Shown: positions 29,081 through 38,328 of the stretch, piece by piece | Layout of the letters: every line of letters begins with the position of its first letter | Numbering within the stretch: the stretch's first letter is position 1 | Source of the DNA: an uncultured SAR86 cluster bacterium | GTDB lineage: Bacteria > Pseudomonadota > Gammaproteobacteria > Magnimaribacterales > AG-339-G14 | Reading direction: 5' to 3' | Assembly: GCA_949373255.1 (NCBI GenBank) | Contig: CASICS010000008.1 | Location: 63,591 to 127,590, forward strand | DNA: 64,000 nucleotides | Notes under the pieces: generated by a model | Databases searched by the model: none | Told to the model about the DNA's origin: nothing | The model's input: only the letters and a program-made list of their open reading frames with translations | Position numbers and translations under genes: made by a program

Positions 29081-30663
29081 CAAACCTCACCTAAGGCTCT
29101 GGCTTTTTCATATTTATTAATTTCTTCTTCAGGAAGATATTTCATTGCTATCATCAGAAGAATAAGACTCAAAACAAAGACAGAGCAAAGAATTTGCAAT
29201 GACAAACCTAAAGCTTCAGCAGTTGTGCTTCCTTGTAAAACAAAAAGGTCTGCAATTTTTCCTGCAGTATAAGGTCCTAAAGCTAACCCAACAACAGATG
29301 CCATTAAAATAAAAAAGGCGGAAGCCATTCCTCTCATTCTAGGTAATACAAGATCTACAGCTGTAGCTACACATAAACCGACATAAAAAGTAGATACAAA
29401 AGACCAGATAATATGATAGATATAGAATATTAATAAAGTCTCAGCTTTAAGAGTCAATATTAGTGATACAGGAGCGCAAACTATACAAATCATGCCCACG
29501 AATAATCTTCCATTAGTAAAAAATTTTCTTAAATAATCTGACAGGACTCCTCCAAATAATAACCCTAAAAATCCTGCTATCGCACTTTGCAAGCCAAGAT
29601 TTCTTCCAGCTACTGTTTTTGTAACATCAAATGTATCCATGAAATAAGTAGGCAAGAAAGCACTAGTTGCATAGCCAATAAAACTAATGAGAGGGAAAGC
29701 TATCATTATTAACACCATTACCTTTGATTTAAAGACTATTTGATAAGAAACCGGATCTTTAATTTTTACAGTTTGAATCCAGCTAAAAAGTGCATACATT
29801 CCCAAACCAAATGCTGACCACTGCAGCCAATCAGATGTTAAAAGCCCCATAACTACAATTAATCCCAGAATTCCTAATTTGAATAATATTTGTGTATATA
29901 TTTCTTTTGAATCAGATTTATTTCTTATTAAATTTATGATTGAAGCTATAGGAACTATTCCTGCTAACAAGATAGCCGCCTCCTTGAATGGCTTTTCTTC
30001 TTTTTTGATAGGGACTTCTTCAGTATGACCTCTCTTTGGCTCTTTTATAGTCAAAACCAATAAAGCAACTAATAACCCAGGAAGACCAACCGATATAAAT
30101 GCCATTTGCCATCCAGCCAAAGCAAAAGGAGCAATTTCTCTTATCGGATAAGCTCCATTCCATGAGTCCGCAATCCAACCACCGAGAAATATACCAATCC
30201 CTCCGCCAATATAGATGCCGCTCGCGTATATAGAATAAACCGTAGTTCTAACTTTATCTGAAAAATAGTCTGCTAATAATGAATAGGCAGCTGGACTAGC
30301 ACTTGATTCACCAACACCAACTCCAATTCGGCAAACTGCTAAACCCACAAATCCTTTGGCAAGTCCAGAAGCAGCTGTCATCAAACTCCATAAACCTACT
30401 CCAATTGATATGAGTTTGGTTCTATTCCATGAGTCAGCTAACTTAGCTAATGGAATTCCCATAATGGCATAGAAAATAGCAAATGCAGTTCCATAAAGAA
30501 AACCTAAGTCACTTAAAGAAATACCTAAATCCGCTTGAATATCAGGTGCCAAGATAGCGATGATCTGTCTATCTAAAAAGTTAAATATATATACAACTAA
30601 CAACAAAGATAGTACGTAGAAAGAATAAGGACTATCAAGCTTGGGTTTATATTCAGAATTCAT
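29077..30663 (-). CDS. MFS transporter (12+ TM, Spinster-like)
   Basis: About 528 aa from ATG 30663 (MNSEYKPKLDSPYSFYVLSLLL...); MFS loop motif (DRQIIAILAP, LAKLADSWNRTKL). The ORF-track start at 30690 overlaps the upstream gene. Confidence 0.8.
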   Translation of the reverse strand: MNSEYKPKLDSPYSFYVLSLLLVVYIFNFLDRQIIAILAPDIQADLGISLSDLGFLYGTAFAIFYAIMGIPLAKLADSWNRTKLISIGVGLWSLMTAASGLAKGFVGLAVCRIGVGVGESSASPAAYSLLADYFSDKVRTTVYSIYASGIYIGGGIGIFLGGWIADSWNGAYPIREIAPFALAGWQMAFISVGLPGLLVALLVLTIKEPKRGHTEEVPIKKEEKPFKEAAILLAGIVPIASIINLIRNKSDSKEIYTQILFKLGILGLIVVMGLLTSDWLQWSAFGLGMYALFSWIQTVKIKDPVSYQIVFKSKVMVLIMIAFPLISFIGYATSAFLPTYFMDTFDVTKTVAGRNLGLQSAIAGFLGLLFGGVLSDYLRKFFTNGRLFVGMICIVCAPVSLILTLKAETLLIFYIYHIIWSFVSTFYVGLCVATAVDLVLPRMRGMASAFFILMASVVGLALGPYTAGKIADLFVLQGSTTAEALGLSLQILCSVFVLSLILLMIAMKYLPEEEINKYEKARALGEVC

Positions 30664-30667
30664 AATT

Positions 30668-31084
30668 TTAAGAAATTGTAGCAGTTGCACTGCCGGTTAT
30701 AACTGCAATTTTATTTTGGTTTTCTGTTGTAACTTCCAAAGTAATTATAGTTTTTTCAGATTCTTTATTAATTTCAGTTATTGTTGCTTTGGTTGTGAGC
30801 GAGTCACCAGGCCAAACTTGATTGGTAAACCTAACGCCGAATTTTTTTAAATTTCCGTCTCCCAGAAGATTGGTAAGCATTTTTCCAGTAAGACCCATGG
30901 TTAACATTCCATGAGCAAATACAGAAGGGTAGCCGACAACTTCCTTAGCAAAGACTTCATCCGTATGGATTGGGTTGTAGTCTCCCGAAACCCCAGCATA
31001 CTGAACGATTTGAGTTCTTGTAAGATTATCAACAACTTCTTCTGAAAAATTATCTCCTACCTGTATTTTATTAATATCTAGCAT
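30668..31084 (-). CDS. MaoC-like (R)-specific enoyl-CoA hydratase, catalytic hot-dog subunit (HadB-like)
   Basis: 138 aa; hydratase-2 motif YAGVSGDYNPIHTDEVFA. Confidence 0.8.
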   Translation of the reverse strand: MLDINKIQVGDNFSEEVVDNLTRTQIVQYAGVSGDYNPIHTDEVFAKEVVGYPSVFAHGMLTMGLTGKMLTNLLGDGNLKKFGVRFTNQVWPGDSLTTKATITEINKESEKTIITLEVTTENQNKIAVITGSATATIS

Positions 31085-31094
31085 AATTGACCCC

Positions 31095-31592
31095 TTAATT
31101 TTCTACTGTTTTTTCCGTTACAACCCCTACAGACTTAGCAGTAATAACAAGCTCACCTTTTTCATTTCTATATTCAGTAACAGATTCACTAAACTTTAAT
31201 AGACCAGCTCTTTTACTTTCTTTTTCCCACTTTTTTCCAGGAATAGATGTTGGAGTTAAAATATCTCCAGGACATACAGGCAGATGATATTCAAAATGCT
31301 GTTCAGCATGAAGAATATTATTGCTAGATGATTCCTCGTTAGATTTTTCTTCAGATTTAACCAATCCTGTAGGAGTCTTTCCTGAGCCGAACCAGGGCTC
31401 ACCAATTTTTGGTCTTAGAAAATAATCAGGATCAAATTGAGCGCTTGATTGAATGAATGTTGGAGGCGCGATAATATTTTTATTTTTTTGAGAAGCATAA
31501 TCATCGTCATAATATATTGGATTTTTGTCGCCAATAGCTCTGGCAAACATCATGATATGGCCTTTCTCAATAGGCATACTTTTTTTACTCAT
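31095..31592 (-). CDS. MaoC N-terminal-type hot-dog protein (HadA-like, likely non-catalytic partner)
   Basis: 165 aa; hot-dog-fold sequence lacking the D-x-N-P-x-H motif, adjacent to the catalytic MaoC gene. The arrangement resembles a split two-subunit dehydratase. Confidence 0.7.
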   Translation of the reverse strand: MSKKSMPIEKGHIMMFARAIGDKNPIYYDDDYASQKNKNIIAPPTFIQSSAQFDPDYFLRPKIGEPWFGSGKTPTGLVKSEEKSNEESSSNNILHAEQHFEYHLPVCPGDILTPTSIPGKKWEKESKRAGLLKFSESVTEYRNEKGELVITAKSVGVVTEKTVEN

Positions 31593-31615
31593 CTAGCCCC
31601 CTTTAGTTAAAATAT

Positions 31616-32668
31616 TTATTGTTGGACTAAAGTCCATCCAAAATCAGATAGAGCGATAGTTTGTTCAAAAAACTTTTCCGCATCTTTTCCAGCAGCAGTT
31701 CCATCTCTTACTCTTCCTGTAATGCCTTGGCATATTGCTGCAAGTTTAAACATGCTGAAACCCATATAAGTATTCCATTCATCTTCGCTAATATTAAATT
31801 CAGAATTTTTCATATACATAGCTACATACTCTTTTAGATTTGGAATATTTAGTTCTTCACACTTATTTTCGTCGGTTAAAATAGGGTTCATAAAATATTG
31901 TAAACAATGGTAGCTGAAGTCAGCAATAGGGTCTCCTAAAGTCGATAATTCCCAATCTAGGATAGAAGCAACCTCATTACTCTCATCGTTGATAATTACA
32001 TTTGAAAGACTGAAATCACCATGAACGAGTCTAGTTGGTTTTTCGCTTGGAAGGTTATTTGGCAACCAATCAATTAAGTTATTCATAGAAGGTATATCAG
32101 TTGTTTCTGAATCTCTGTATTGCTTAGTCCATCTTGAAACTTGACGAGCTACGTAATTACCAGGTTTCCCAAAATCTTCCAATCCTATTGAAGCTGGATT
32201 AACTGCATGCAGTTTTGAAATAGTTTTATTCATAGATGAGTAGATTTCAAATCTATCATTTTCAGTTCCATGCGGAATATGCGACTCCCAAATTACAGAA
32301 CCTTCTATGTATTCCATAACAAAAAATTCAGTTCCTAAAATCGATTCATCTTTGCAATGCAAATAGGCTTTGGGAACTGGAACATTCGTTTTATTTAGTG
32401 CCGAGATAACTGTAAATTCTCTATCAACTGCATGGGCGGTTTTAAGAAGCATTCCCGGAGGTTTTTTTCTTAAAACATAAGATTTATTTTTTGTTTTTAA
32501 AAAATAAGTAGGGTTTGACTGACCTCCAACAAATTCTTCTATTATCAATGGACCTTCAAAATTAGAAATATGCTCCTTTAAGTAAGGAGTTAACACATCG
32601 GAATCAATGAAATGCTTTTCAGCCATTTCTTTGGTGCCATTAAAATCACTTTCAAATTTCTTTATCAT
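31616..32668 (-). CDS. APH-fold phosphotransferase resembling the ACAD10/ACAD11 N-terminal kinase domain
   Basis: 350 aa; GGQSNPTYFL, YVLRKKPPGMLLKTAHAVDREF, FVMEYIEG, RQVSRWTKQY, catalytic LVHGDFSLSN, ILDWELSTLGDP. Confidence 0.75.
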   Translation of the reverse strand: MIKKFESDFNGTKEMAEKHFIDSDVLTPYLKEHISNFEGPLIIEEFVGGQSNPTYFLKTKNKSYVLRKKPPGMLLKTAHAVDREFTVISALNKTNVPVPKAYLHCKDESILGTEFFVMEYIEGSVIWESHIPHGTENDRFEIYSSMNKTISKLHAVNPASIGLEDFGKPGNYVARQVSRWTKQYRDSETTDIPSMNNLIDWLPNNLPSEKPTRLVHGDFSLSNVIINDESNEVASILDWELSTLGDPIADFSYHCLQYFMNPILTDENKCEELNIPNLKEYVAMYMKNSEFNISEDEWNTYMGFSMFKLAAICQGITGRVRDGTAAGKDAEKFFEQTIALSDFGWTLVQQ

Positions 32669-32695
32669 TTTCTCCCTCAGAATTTTAGTCTATAT

Positions 32696-32714
32696 TAATT
32701 TACTCAGTAAATTA
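32696..32714. promoter_or_regulatory. Perfect 9-1-9 palindrome TAATTTACT-C-AGTAAATTA upstream of the kinase gene (candidate operator)
   Basis: Read directly from the sequence; lies 28-46 nt upstream of the kinase ATG (32668) in a 68-nt gap. Confidence 0.4.
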
Positions 32715-32736
32715 TAAAGAGATAGTTATTTTTGTC

Positions 32737-33456
32737 TCAACTTAAAGATCTGCCACCATCAACTCTTAAAATTTGTCCAGTTATATATGTATTTTGACAA
32801 AGGTGAAAAGCAGCTGAGGCGATGTCTTGTTCCGTACCAAGCCTTCCGAGAGGAATCTGATTCAAAAGAAGCTCTTCATTAGATGAGCCATCCGAAGGCA
32901 GTAAAATAGCTCCAGGCGCCACTCCATTAACTCTAACTTTAGGGGCAAGTTCTCTTGCTAATGATTTAGTCAGAGTTTCTAAGCCTCCTTTGGCGGTTGA
33001 ATAGATAGTATAATTTTTCATACCTCTGATAACCATTGCATCGGTTATATTGATTATATTTCCCGAAGACTTAATTAATTGTTCTTTGAGTAATTCAGAA
33101 ATTAAATAAGGGCCTCGCAAATTAGAGTTATGCAGAGCTTCCCAGTCAGCCTCATTGCTTTCACCCAAAGAAGTCGCATAAAAAGCTGAGGCATTATTTA
33201 TCAGAACATCAATTGAGTTGAAAAGAGTGATTAATTCATCGGTGAAGTTTTTATAATTATTGATTTCATTCAAGTCGAACTTAATTAATTTACATGAATT
33301 ACTTCTTACGCAGTTTAGTTCTTCGGCTAATGCCTCTGCATCTTCATTTGAAGAGTTATAGTGACAAACAACATCAAACCCATTTTTATGAAAGGTTTTA
33401 CAAATTTCCTTTCCAATTCTTTTAGCTCCACCAGTCACGATTACAGTTTTATTCAT
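32737..33456 (-). CDS. Short-chain dehydrogenase, pteridine reductase (FolM/PTR1-like)
   Basis: 239 aa; TGGAKRIG (the TGxxxRIG variant typical of pteridine reductases), YSTAK catalytic pair, ITGQILRVDGG. Confidence 0.65.
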   Translation of the reverse strand: MNKTVIVTGGAKRIGKEICKTFHKNGFDVVCHYNSSNEDAEALAEELNCVRSNSCKLIKFDLNEINNYKNFTDELITLFNSIDVLINNASAFYATSLGESNEADWEALHNSNLRGPYLISELLKEQLIKSSGNIINITDAMVIRGMKNYTIYSTAKGGLETLTKSLARELAPKVRVNGVAPGAILLPSDGSSNEELLLNQIPLGRLGTEQDIASAAFHLCQNTYITGQILRVDGGRSLS

Positions 33457-34511
33457 TTTAAATAATTCTCTATTACGATTAAACGTTCTTTATAGATTTT
33501 TTCTTTAATATTTTCTCCATTATCTTGCTTATTAATCTGAGGTTTTATTTTTTCTAGATCTTCTACAAGGAAATTCCAATTTATCTCAAAATTAATATTT
33601 ATATTTAATTTTAAAATAAAATTAATTACATCTAAAGCATAATTCGAATTTCTAAACGTATTTATTTTCATCAAGCCTTCTAATAAATTTTTTGCAGAAA
33701 TTTCTTTATCGATTGTTTCCTTAAAAATTTGCGAACACTTCAAAAAGTTTTTAAATTTATTGGGCATTGACAGTTCATTTAAATTTTTGTTTTCGAAATT
33801 TAAAGCCGCCCATTTAAGTTCTTTTTTATCAGATACTTGTTCAATAATTTTCAATCGCTCAAGAGAAGCTTCAAAGTTATCTATCATTTTAGGAAATGGA
33901 GATAGGGCATTAACCTCTTTTAAAATATTAAAGTAATGACTAGAATTTTTATATCCCAAGCTTTTTTCAGTTTCTTGCCAAATTCTTTCAAAGGATAACT
34001 CTTCAATTTCTTTTGAGTCAGAAATAGAAATCATCAATTCTTTTGTTTGATCTTCGACTGAAAAGTTAAGAGATTTTAATTTAGTAGCAAATCTCGCAAC
34101 TCTAAAAACTCTTAAAGGATCTTCGATGAAAGCATCTGAAACATGTTTTATTCTTTTTTCTTTAATGTCTTGTTTGCCATTAAAAGGATCTATCAAGTTT
34201 CCATCTACATCCTGAGCTATAGCATTTATAGTAATATCCCTGCGATACAAGTCTTCTTCAAGAGTTACGTTTTTTTGAGTTTCGAAGCTAAATCCTTTGT
34301 GACCAGGTGAAATTTTTCTTTCTTTTCTTGCTAGAGCATATTCTTCTTTAGAAGTTGGATGAAGATAAACTGGAAAATCTTTTCCTACAGACTTAAAGCC
34401 CATTTTTTTCATGGATTCATCTGTTTCCCCAACAACCACCCAATCCTTTTCTGTTACTGGTAAACCGAGTAATTCATCTCTTACGGCGCCACCTACTAAA
34501 TAGACTTTCAT
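33453..34511 (-). CDS. cca: tRNA CCA-adding nucleotidyltransferase (head domain intact; no recognisable HD domain)
   Basis: 352 aa; MKVYLVGGAVRDELLGLPVTEKDWVVVG, RRDITINA, EDPLRVFRVARF. The C-terminal part lacks the H...HD motif. Confidence 0.85.
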   Translation of the reverse strand: MKVYLVGGAVRDELLGLPVTEKDWVVVGETDESMKKMGFKSVGKDFPVYLHPTSKEEYALARKERKISPGHKGFSFETQKNVTLEEDLYRRDITINAIAQDVDGNLIDPFNGKQDIKEKRIKHVSDAFIEDPLRVFRVARFATKLKSLNFSVEDQTKELMISISDSKEIEELSFERIWQETEKSLGYKNSSHYFNILKEVNALSPFPKMIDNFEASLERLKIIEQVSDKKELKWAALNFENKNLNELSMPNKFKNFLKCSQIFKETIDKEISAKNLLEGLMKINTFRNSNYALDVINFILKLNININFEINWNFLVEDLEKIKPQINKQDNGENIKEKIYKERLIVIENYLK

Positions 34512-35341
34512 TTTTTTATATTTTTTATATAGTACTTTTTATTATCTTCTAGTCTCATTATGGTTAATTTTCCACCCCATACACAACCTGTATCTAAACC
34601 AATTACATTATCAAGATTAGTTTTTCCATCCAAAGCCGCCCAATGCCCAAAAATAAGCTCTCTATTCTTAAATAAAAATTTTGATGGAAAGTTAAACCAG
34701 GCATTGTAATTTTTTGGAAGATTCTTTAACCCGCCCTTGTGAGAATATTTAATGTTTCCATTTTCTTTGCAGATGCGTATTCTGGTAAGTGCATTAGAAA
34801 AGTAACTTATTTTTTCGTTTTTTTTAAAGTTAGCTTTAAAAATAGGCGGGCTCTTATCAAAAACTCTTTTTAAAGTCTTTTTTGGGTCTTTTTTTAAAGA
34901 ATTTTGAAAAAGTGAATTCAATTTTAGGCATTGATCAAAATTAAGGTTTGGCGGAATTCCAGCATGAACCATTGCAATTTCTTTTACTCCATTTTTACTT
35001 TTTATTTCTTTTAAAAAAAGTAAAGGCTGATTGACTAAAAAATCTGCATAAGTTTTACAATCCTCGGAAGCAAAAAGCTCAATTAAAGTATCTTTTTTTG
35101 AAATTCTTCTATCTGAATAAAAGCATGCTAAAAAATGTAAATCATGATTTCCAAGTACTATATGCACTCTGTCTTTAATTTCATAAATGTATTGAAGAAG
35201 TTCCAAGGAATCCGGACCTCTGTTTATAAGATCGCCAGTAAGCCATAGAAAATCTTTCTTAGAATTAAATTTAACCTTAGCTAAAGCCGCTTTAAATTCT
35301 TCAAAGCATCCTTGAATATCTCCTAAAGCATAATTAGCCAT
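34508..35341 (-). CDS. apaH: Bis(5'-nucleosyl)-tetraphosphatase (symmetrical) ApaH
   Basis: 277 aa; MANYALGDIQGC, GDLINRGPDS, GNHD metallophosphatase motifs. Confidence 0.9.
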   Translation of the reverse strand: MANYALGDIQGCFEEFKAALAKVKFNSKKDFLWLTGDLINRGPDSLELLQYIYEIKDRVHIVLGNHDLHFLACFYSDRRISKKDTLIELFASEDCKTYADFLVNQPLLFLKEIKSKNGVKEIAMVHAGIPPNLNFDQCLKLNSLFQNSLKKDPKKTLKRVFDKSPPIFKANFKKNEKISYFSNALTRIRICKENGNIKYSHKGGLKNLPKNYNAWFNFPSKFLFKNRELIFGHWAALDGKTNLDNVIGLDTGCVWGGKLTIMRLEDNKKYYIKNIKK

Positions 35342-36122
35342 TCTTTCGCTTTAGCCTTGCTAGATCAAGAAACTGATCGATATTCATTTGATCCGGTCTT
35401 AGATTTAAATCAAGATTAATTTTATTCAAATCATCTTCTAGAAAAAATTCTTTCAATGTTTTAGAAATTTTCTTACGCTTTTTATTAAATAATTTTGGAA
35501 GAATAAATTTCAAATTATTCAATTCTACTTTTTTATTTGATCTTCTTTTAGGTACGAACCTAACGAAAGAGCTATCAACTTTGGGTACTGGATCGAAATA
35601 ATTTCGATCCACATCGCTTAAAATAGAAACCTCACAAAGATACTTGCACATAACACTTAATTTTCCGTATGAATTTGTATTCTCATCCCCAGCACAGCGT
35701 TCTGCAAATTCTTTTTGAAACATAAAATGCATATCCTCTATTAGTTCAATTTGGTCAAAACACCATTCAAGAATTGGGCTAGATAGATTGTATGGAAGAT
35801 TTCCGACAAGCCTAATTTTATTTTTCTTATCAGCATAATCTCCTAAATTTAAATCCAGAATATTTTTATTAATTATTTGAAAATTTTCTTTAGAAAAAAA
35901 TTTATTTTCTAATATCGCTATTAAGTCTCTGTCCAATTCAACTGCAATATAATTTTTTGGTTTACTTAGAATATGATCGGTAAGAGCGCCAAGGCCAGGA
36001 CCAATTTCAAGAAAATTTTCAGAGTTTGAGGGATTAATATATTTTGCCAATTGGTCTAGTAGTAAAACGTCAGTTAAAAAATTTTGACCAAATCTTTTTT
36101 TTGCAGAAATATTTTTATTCAC
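35334..36122 (-). CDS. rsmA: 16S rRNA (adenine1518/1519-N6)-dimethyltransferase RsmA/KsgA
   Basis: 262 aa; KRFGQNFL, EIGPGLGALT, GNLPYN. Confidence 0.9.
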   Translation of the reverse strand: MNKNISAKKRFGQNFLTDVLLLDQLAKYINPSNSENFLEIGPGLGALTDHILSKPKNYIAVELDRDLIAILENKFFSKENFQIINKNILDLNLGDYADKKNKIRLVGNLPYNLSSPILEWCFDQIELIEDMHFMFQKEFAERCAGDENTNSYGKLSVMCKYLCEVSILSDVDRNYFDPVPKVDSSFVRFVPKRRSNKKVELNNLKFILPKLFNKKRKKISKTLKEFFLEDDLNKINLDLNLRPDQMNIDQFLDLARLKRKNG

Positions 36123-37081
36123 TTTTTTTCAGCAAAAAAACTTGTCAATTTCATTGCTTCATTGAAGCTAGAGGAATTAGCTAAGTTTTTGCCTGCTAGT
36201 TCGTAAGCAGTTCCATGATCGACAGAAACTCTTAAAAAGGGTAATCCTAAAGTAATGTTGATGGAATCTCCAAAGCCCATAGATTTTAGAACAGGCAGTC
36301 CTTGATCATGAAACATTGCAAGGTATGCATCATAGAGATTCAATTTCTCCTCTGTAAATGCTGTATCGGCTGAGATAGGGCCAAAAACATTAATACCTTT
36401 ACTATTTAAATCTTTTATTGCAGGCTCTATTACATCAACTTCCTCAGTGCCTATAAAACCTCCTTCTCCAGCATGAGGATTTAACCCAAGAACGCATATT
36501 TTTGGATTTTTAATTTTCCACAAACTCTCTAGACTATTATTAATTATTAAAGACATTTCTATAATTTTTTCTATAGTTATTGATTCAGGTACTAAACTTA
36601 GTGGTAGGTGTGTTGTTAGCAATGCAACCTTCAATCTCTTATTAGCCAGAAGCATTACGACATTTTTTGAATTAGATATGTCGGCTAGGAATTCTGTATG
36701 ACCGGAGAATTCAAAACCAAAATCATTTATAATTTTTTTATTGATTGGACCTGTCACTAATCCAGAATAATCATTATTTAAGCACCCTAAAGCGCCAGTC
36801 ATCAAAACATCTAAAACATATTTAGAATTTGCTACATTGGGAGACCCTAAGTCCACTTCTTCTATTAGAGGAATATTTTTAACTTTAACGCAGTCTTTTT
36901 CTGAAGGTGACTCTTCAAAAGACAAATCTAATTTCAGTTTCTTAGAAAGTTTTCTATAGAATTCAATATCTCCTATAAGCTCGTATTTTGAAATCTCCGA
37001 TTTACTTTTTAATAAAGATTTTAAGCACACTTCAGGTCCTATTCCAGCAGGATCGCCGGGACTAAGAGCTATTCTTTTCAT
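36119..37081 (-). CDS. pdxA: 4-hydroxythreonine-4-phosphate dehydrogenase PdxA
   Basis: 320 aa; GDPAGIGPE, TGPINK, GHTEFLA, NPHAGEGG, HGTA. Confidence 0.9.
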   Translation of the reverse strand: MKRIALSPGDPAGIGPEVCLKSLLKSKSEISKYELIGDIEFYRKLSKKLKLDLSFEESPSEKDCVKVKNIPLIEEVDLGSPNVANSKYVLDVLMTGALGCLNNDYSGLVTGPINKKIINDFGFEFSGHTEFLADISNSKNVVMLLANKRLKVALLTTHLPLSLVPESITIEKIIEMSLIINNSLESLWKIKNPKICVLGLNPHAGEGGFIGTEEVDVIEPAIKDLNSKGINVFGPISADTAFTEEKLNLYDAYLAMFHDQGLPVLKSMGFGDSINITLGLPFLRVSVDHGTAYELAGKNLANSSSFNEAMKLTSFFAEKK

Positions 37082-38328
37082 GAATTTGATTTAATTTCTA
37101 CAAAAGCTTCTGCTCTGAGTTCTTGAAGGGTTTTATCTAATTGCACGTCAAATTTTCTTTCATAAATAATTTGATAGGCTTTGTTTTTAAGCAACTCTCC
37201 TGAAATGTCTTCTTTTCTTTTGTCTAATACTTCTAAAATATGGAATCCAAAAGAACTTTCGAAGGGCTCACTTATAATATTTAACTCTGAGGAATCTAAA
37301 ACTTTTTTAAATTCTGGATCATAAACATCAGATGAAGACCAGCCTAATTCTCCACCATCTAATTTTGTTCCAGGATCATCGGAATAGAGCCTAGCCATCA
37401 CAGAAAACTCCTCTCCTTTTGAAATTCTATCTTTGATTTCATTTATCAAGGACAAAGCTTGTTTTTTATTTCTAATCTCTGAAGTTTGAATCAAAATATG
37501 CCTAGCCAGAGACTGGTCTTCAATTCTTACTGTGTCTCCTCTTTTATCTTCTATTTTTAAAAAATGATATCCAGCGCCACTCTTTATTGGTCCTTTTATC
37601 GAACCAACTGTCATTTCCTTAACTTCATCAGCAAACAAAGAAGGAAGCTGACTTAATTTTACCCAAGGAACTTCAGCAATTTCTTCGCCTTCATTAAATT
37701 CACTCAGTAAAGATGAGAAATTTATATTTTGATCAATTTTTTCTTTAATAGAGTCTGCAACAACCTTAGATTTTACTAAAATTTCTTTAATTTTGTATTC
37801 GACTAAAATTAGATTTTGACCTTCAGTAGATGAAATAAAGTTTGAAAGCTCTTGATTAGAAATAAAAACTTTCGGCCCAACCAAACCTCTTTGAACTCTA
37901 GAAAGAACAAGCTGCTGCCTGACTTCTCTTCTAAACCCTTCAAATGATCTATCGAGCTTAATCTTTTTTATAAAATCTTCTAGACTCAAATTATTACTGG
38001 CAGCAATTCTTGCAATATATTGAGTTAACTCTTGGTCGCTTATTCTAACACCTGCTCTCTTTGCCCTCTGAAGTTGAAGTTCTACAAGTATTGCTCTTTC
38101 AAGTAATTGTTCTTTGATTAATTTTTCAGGAGGCGAAGTTACATTTGGATTATTTTTCTTAAAATTAATTTGATATAGATCATATTGTTCATTTAACTGC
38201 GATTCAAGAATAATGCCGTCACCGGCTATGGCTGCAATTTTATCTAAAACTACTTTTTCTGCAAAAGAATTCAAAGATATAGTAGTCAATATCAAAACAA
38301 ATATTATGTATAAGAAATCTTTCATCAA
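37078..38328 (-). CDS. surA: Periplasmic chaperone/PPIase SurA
   Basis: 416 aa; signal peptide, SurA N-domain, two parvulin repeats (GYHFLKIEDKR and GFHILEVLDKR). Confidence 0.85.
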   Translation of the reverse strand: MMKDFLYIIFVLILTTISLNSFAEKVVLDKIAAIAGDGIILESQLNEQYDLYQINFKKNNPNVTSPPEKLIKEQLLERAILVELQLQRAKRAGVRISDQELTQYIARIAASNNLSLEDFIKKIKLDRSFEGFRREVRQQLVLSRVQRGLVGPKVFISNQELSNFISSTEGQNLILVEYKIKEILVKSKVVADSIKEKIDQNINFSSLLSEFNEGEEIAEVPWVKLSQLPSLFADEVKEMTVGSIKGPIKSGAGYHFLKIEDKRGDTVRIEDQSLARHILIQTSEIRNKKQALSLINEIKDRISKGEEFSVMARLYSDDPGTKLDGGELGWSSSDVYDPEFKKVLDSSELNIISEPFESSFGFHILEVLDKRKEDISGELLKNKAYQIIYERKFDVQLDKTLQELRAEAFVEIKSNS

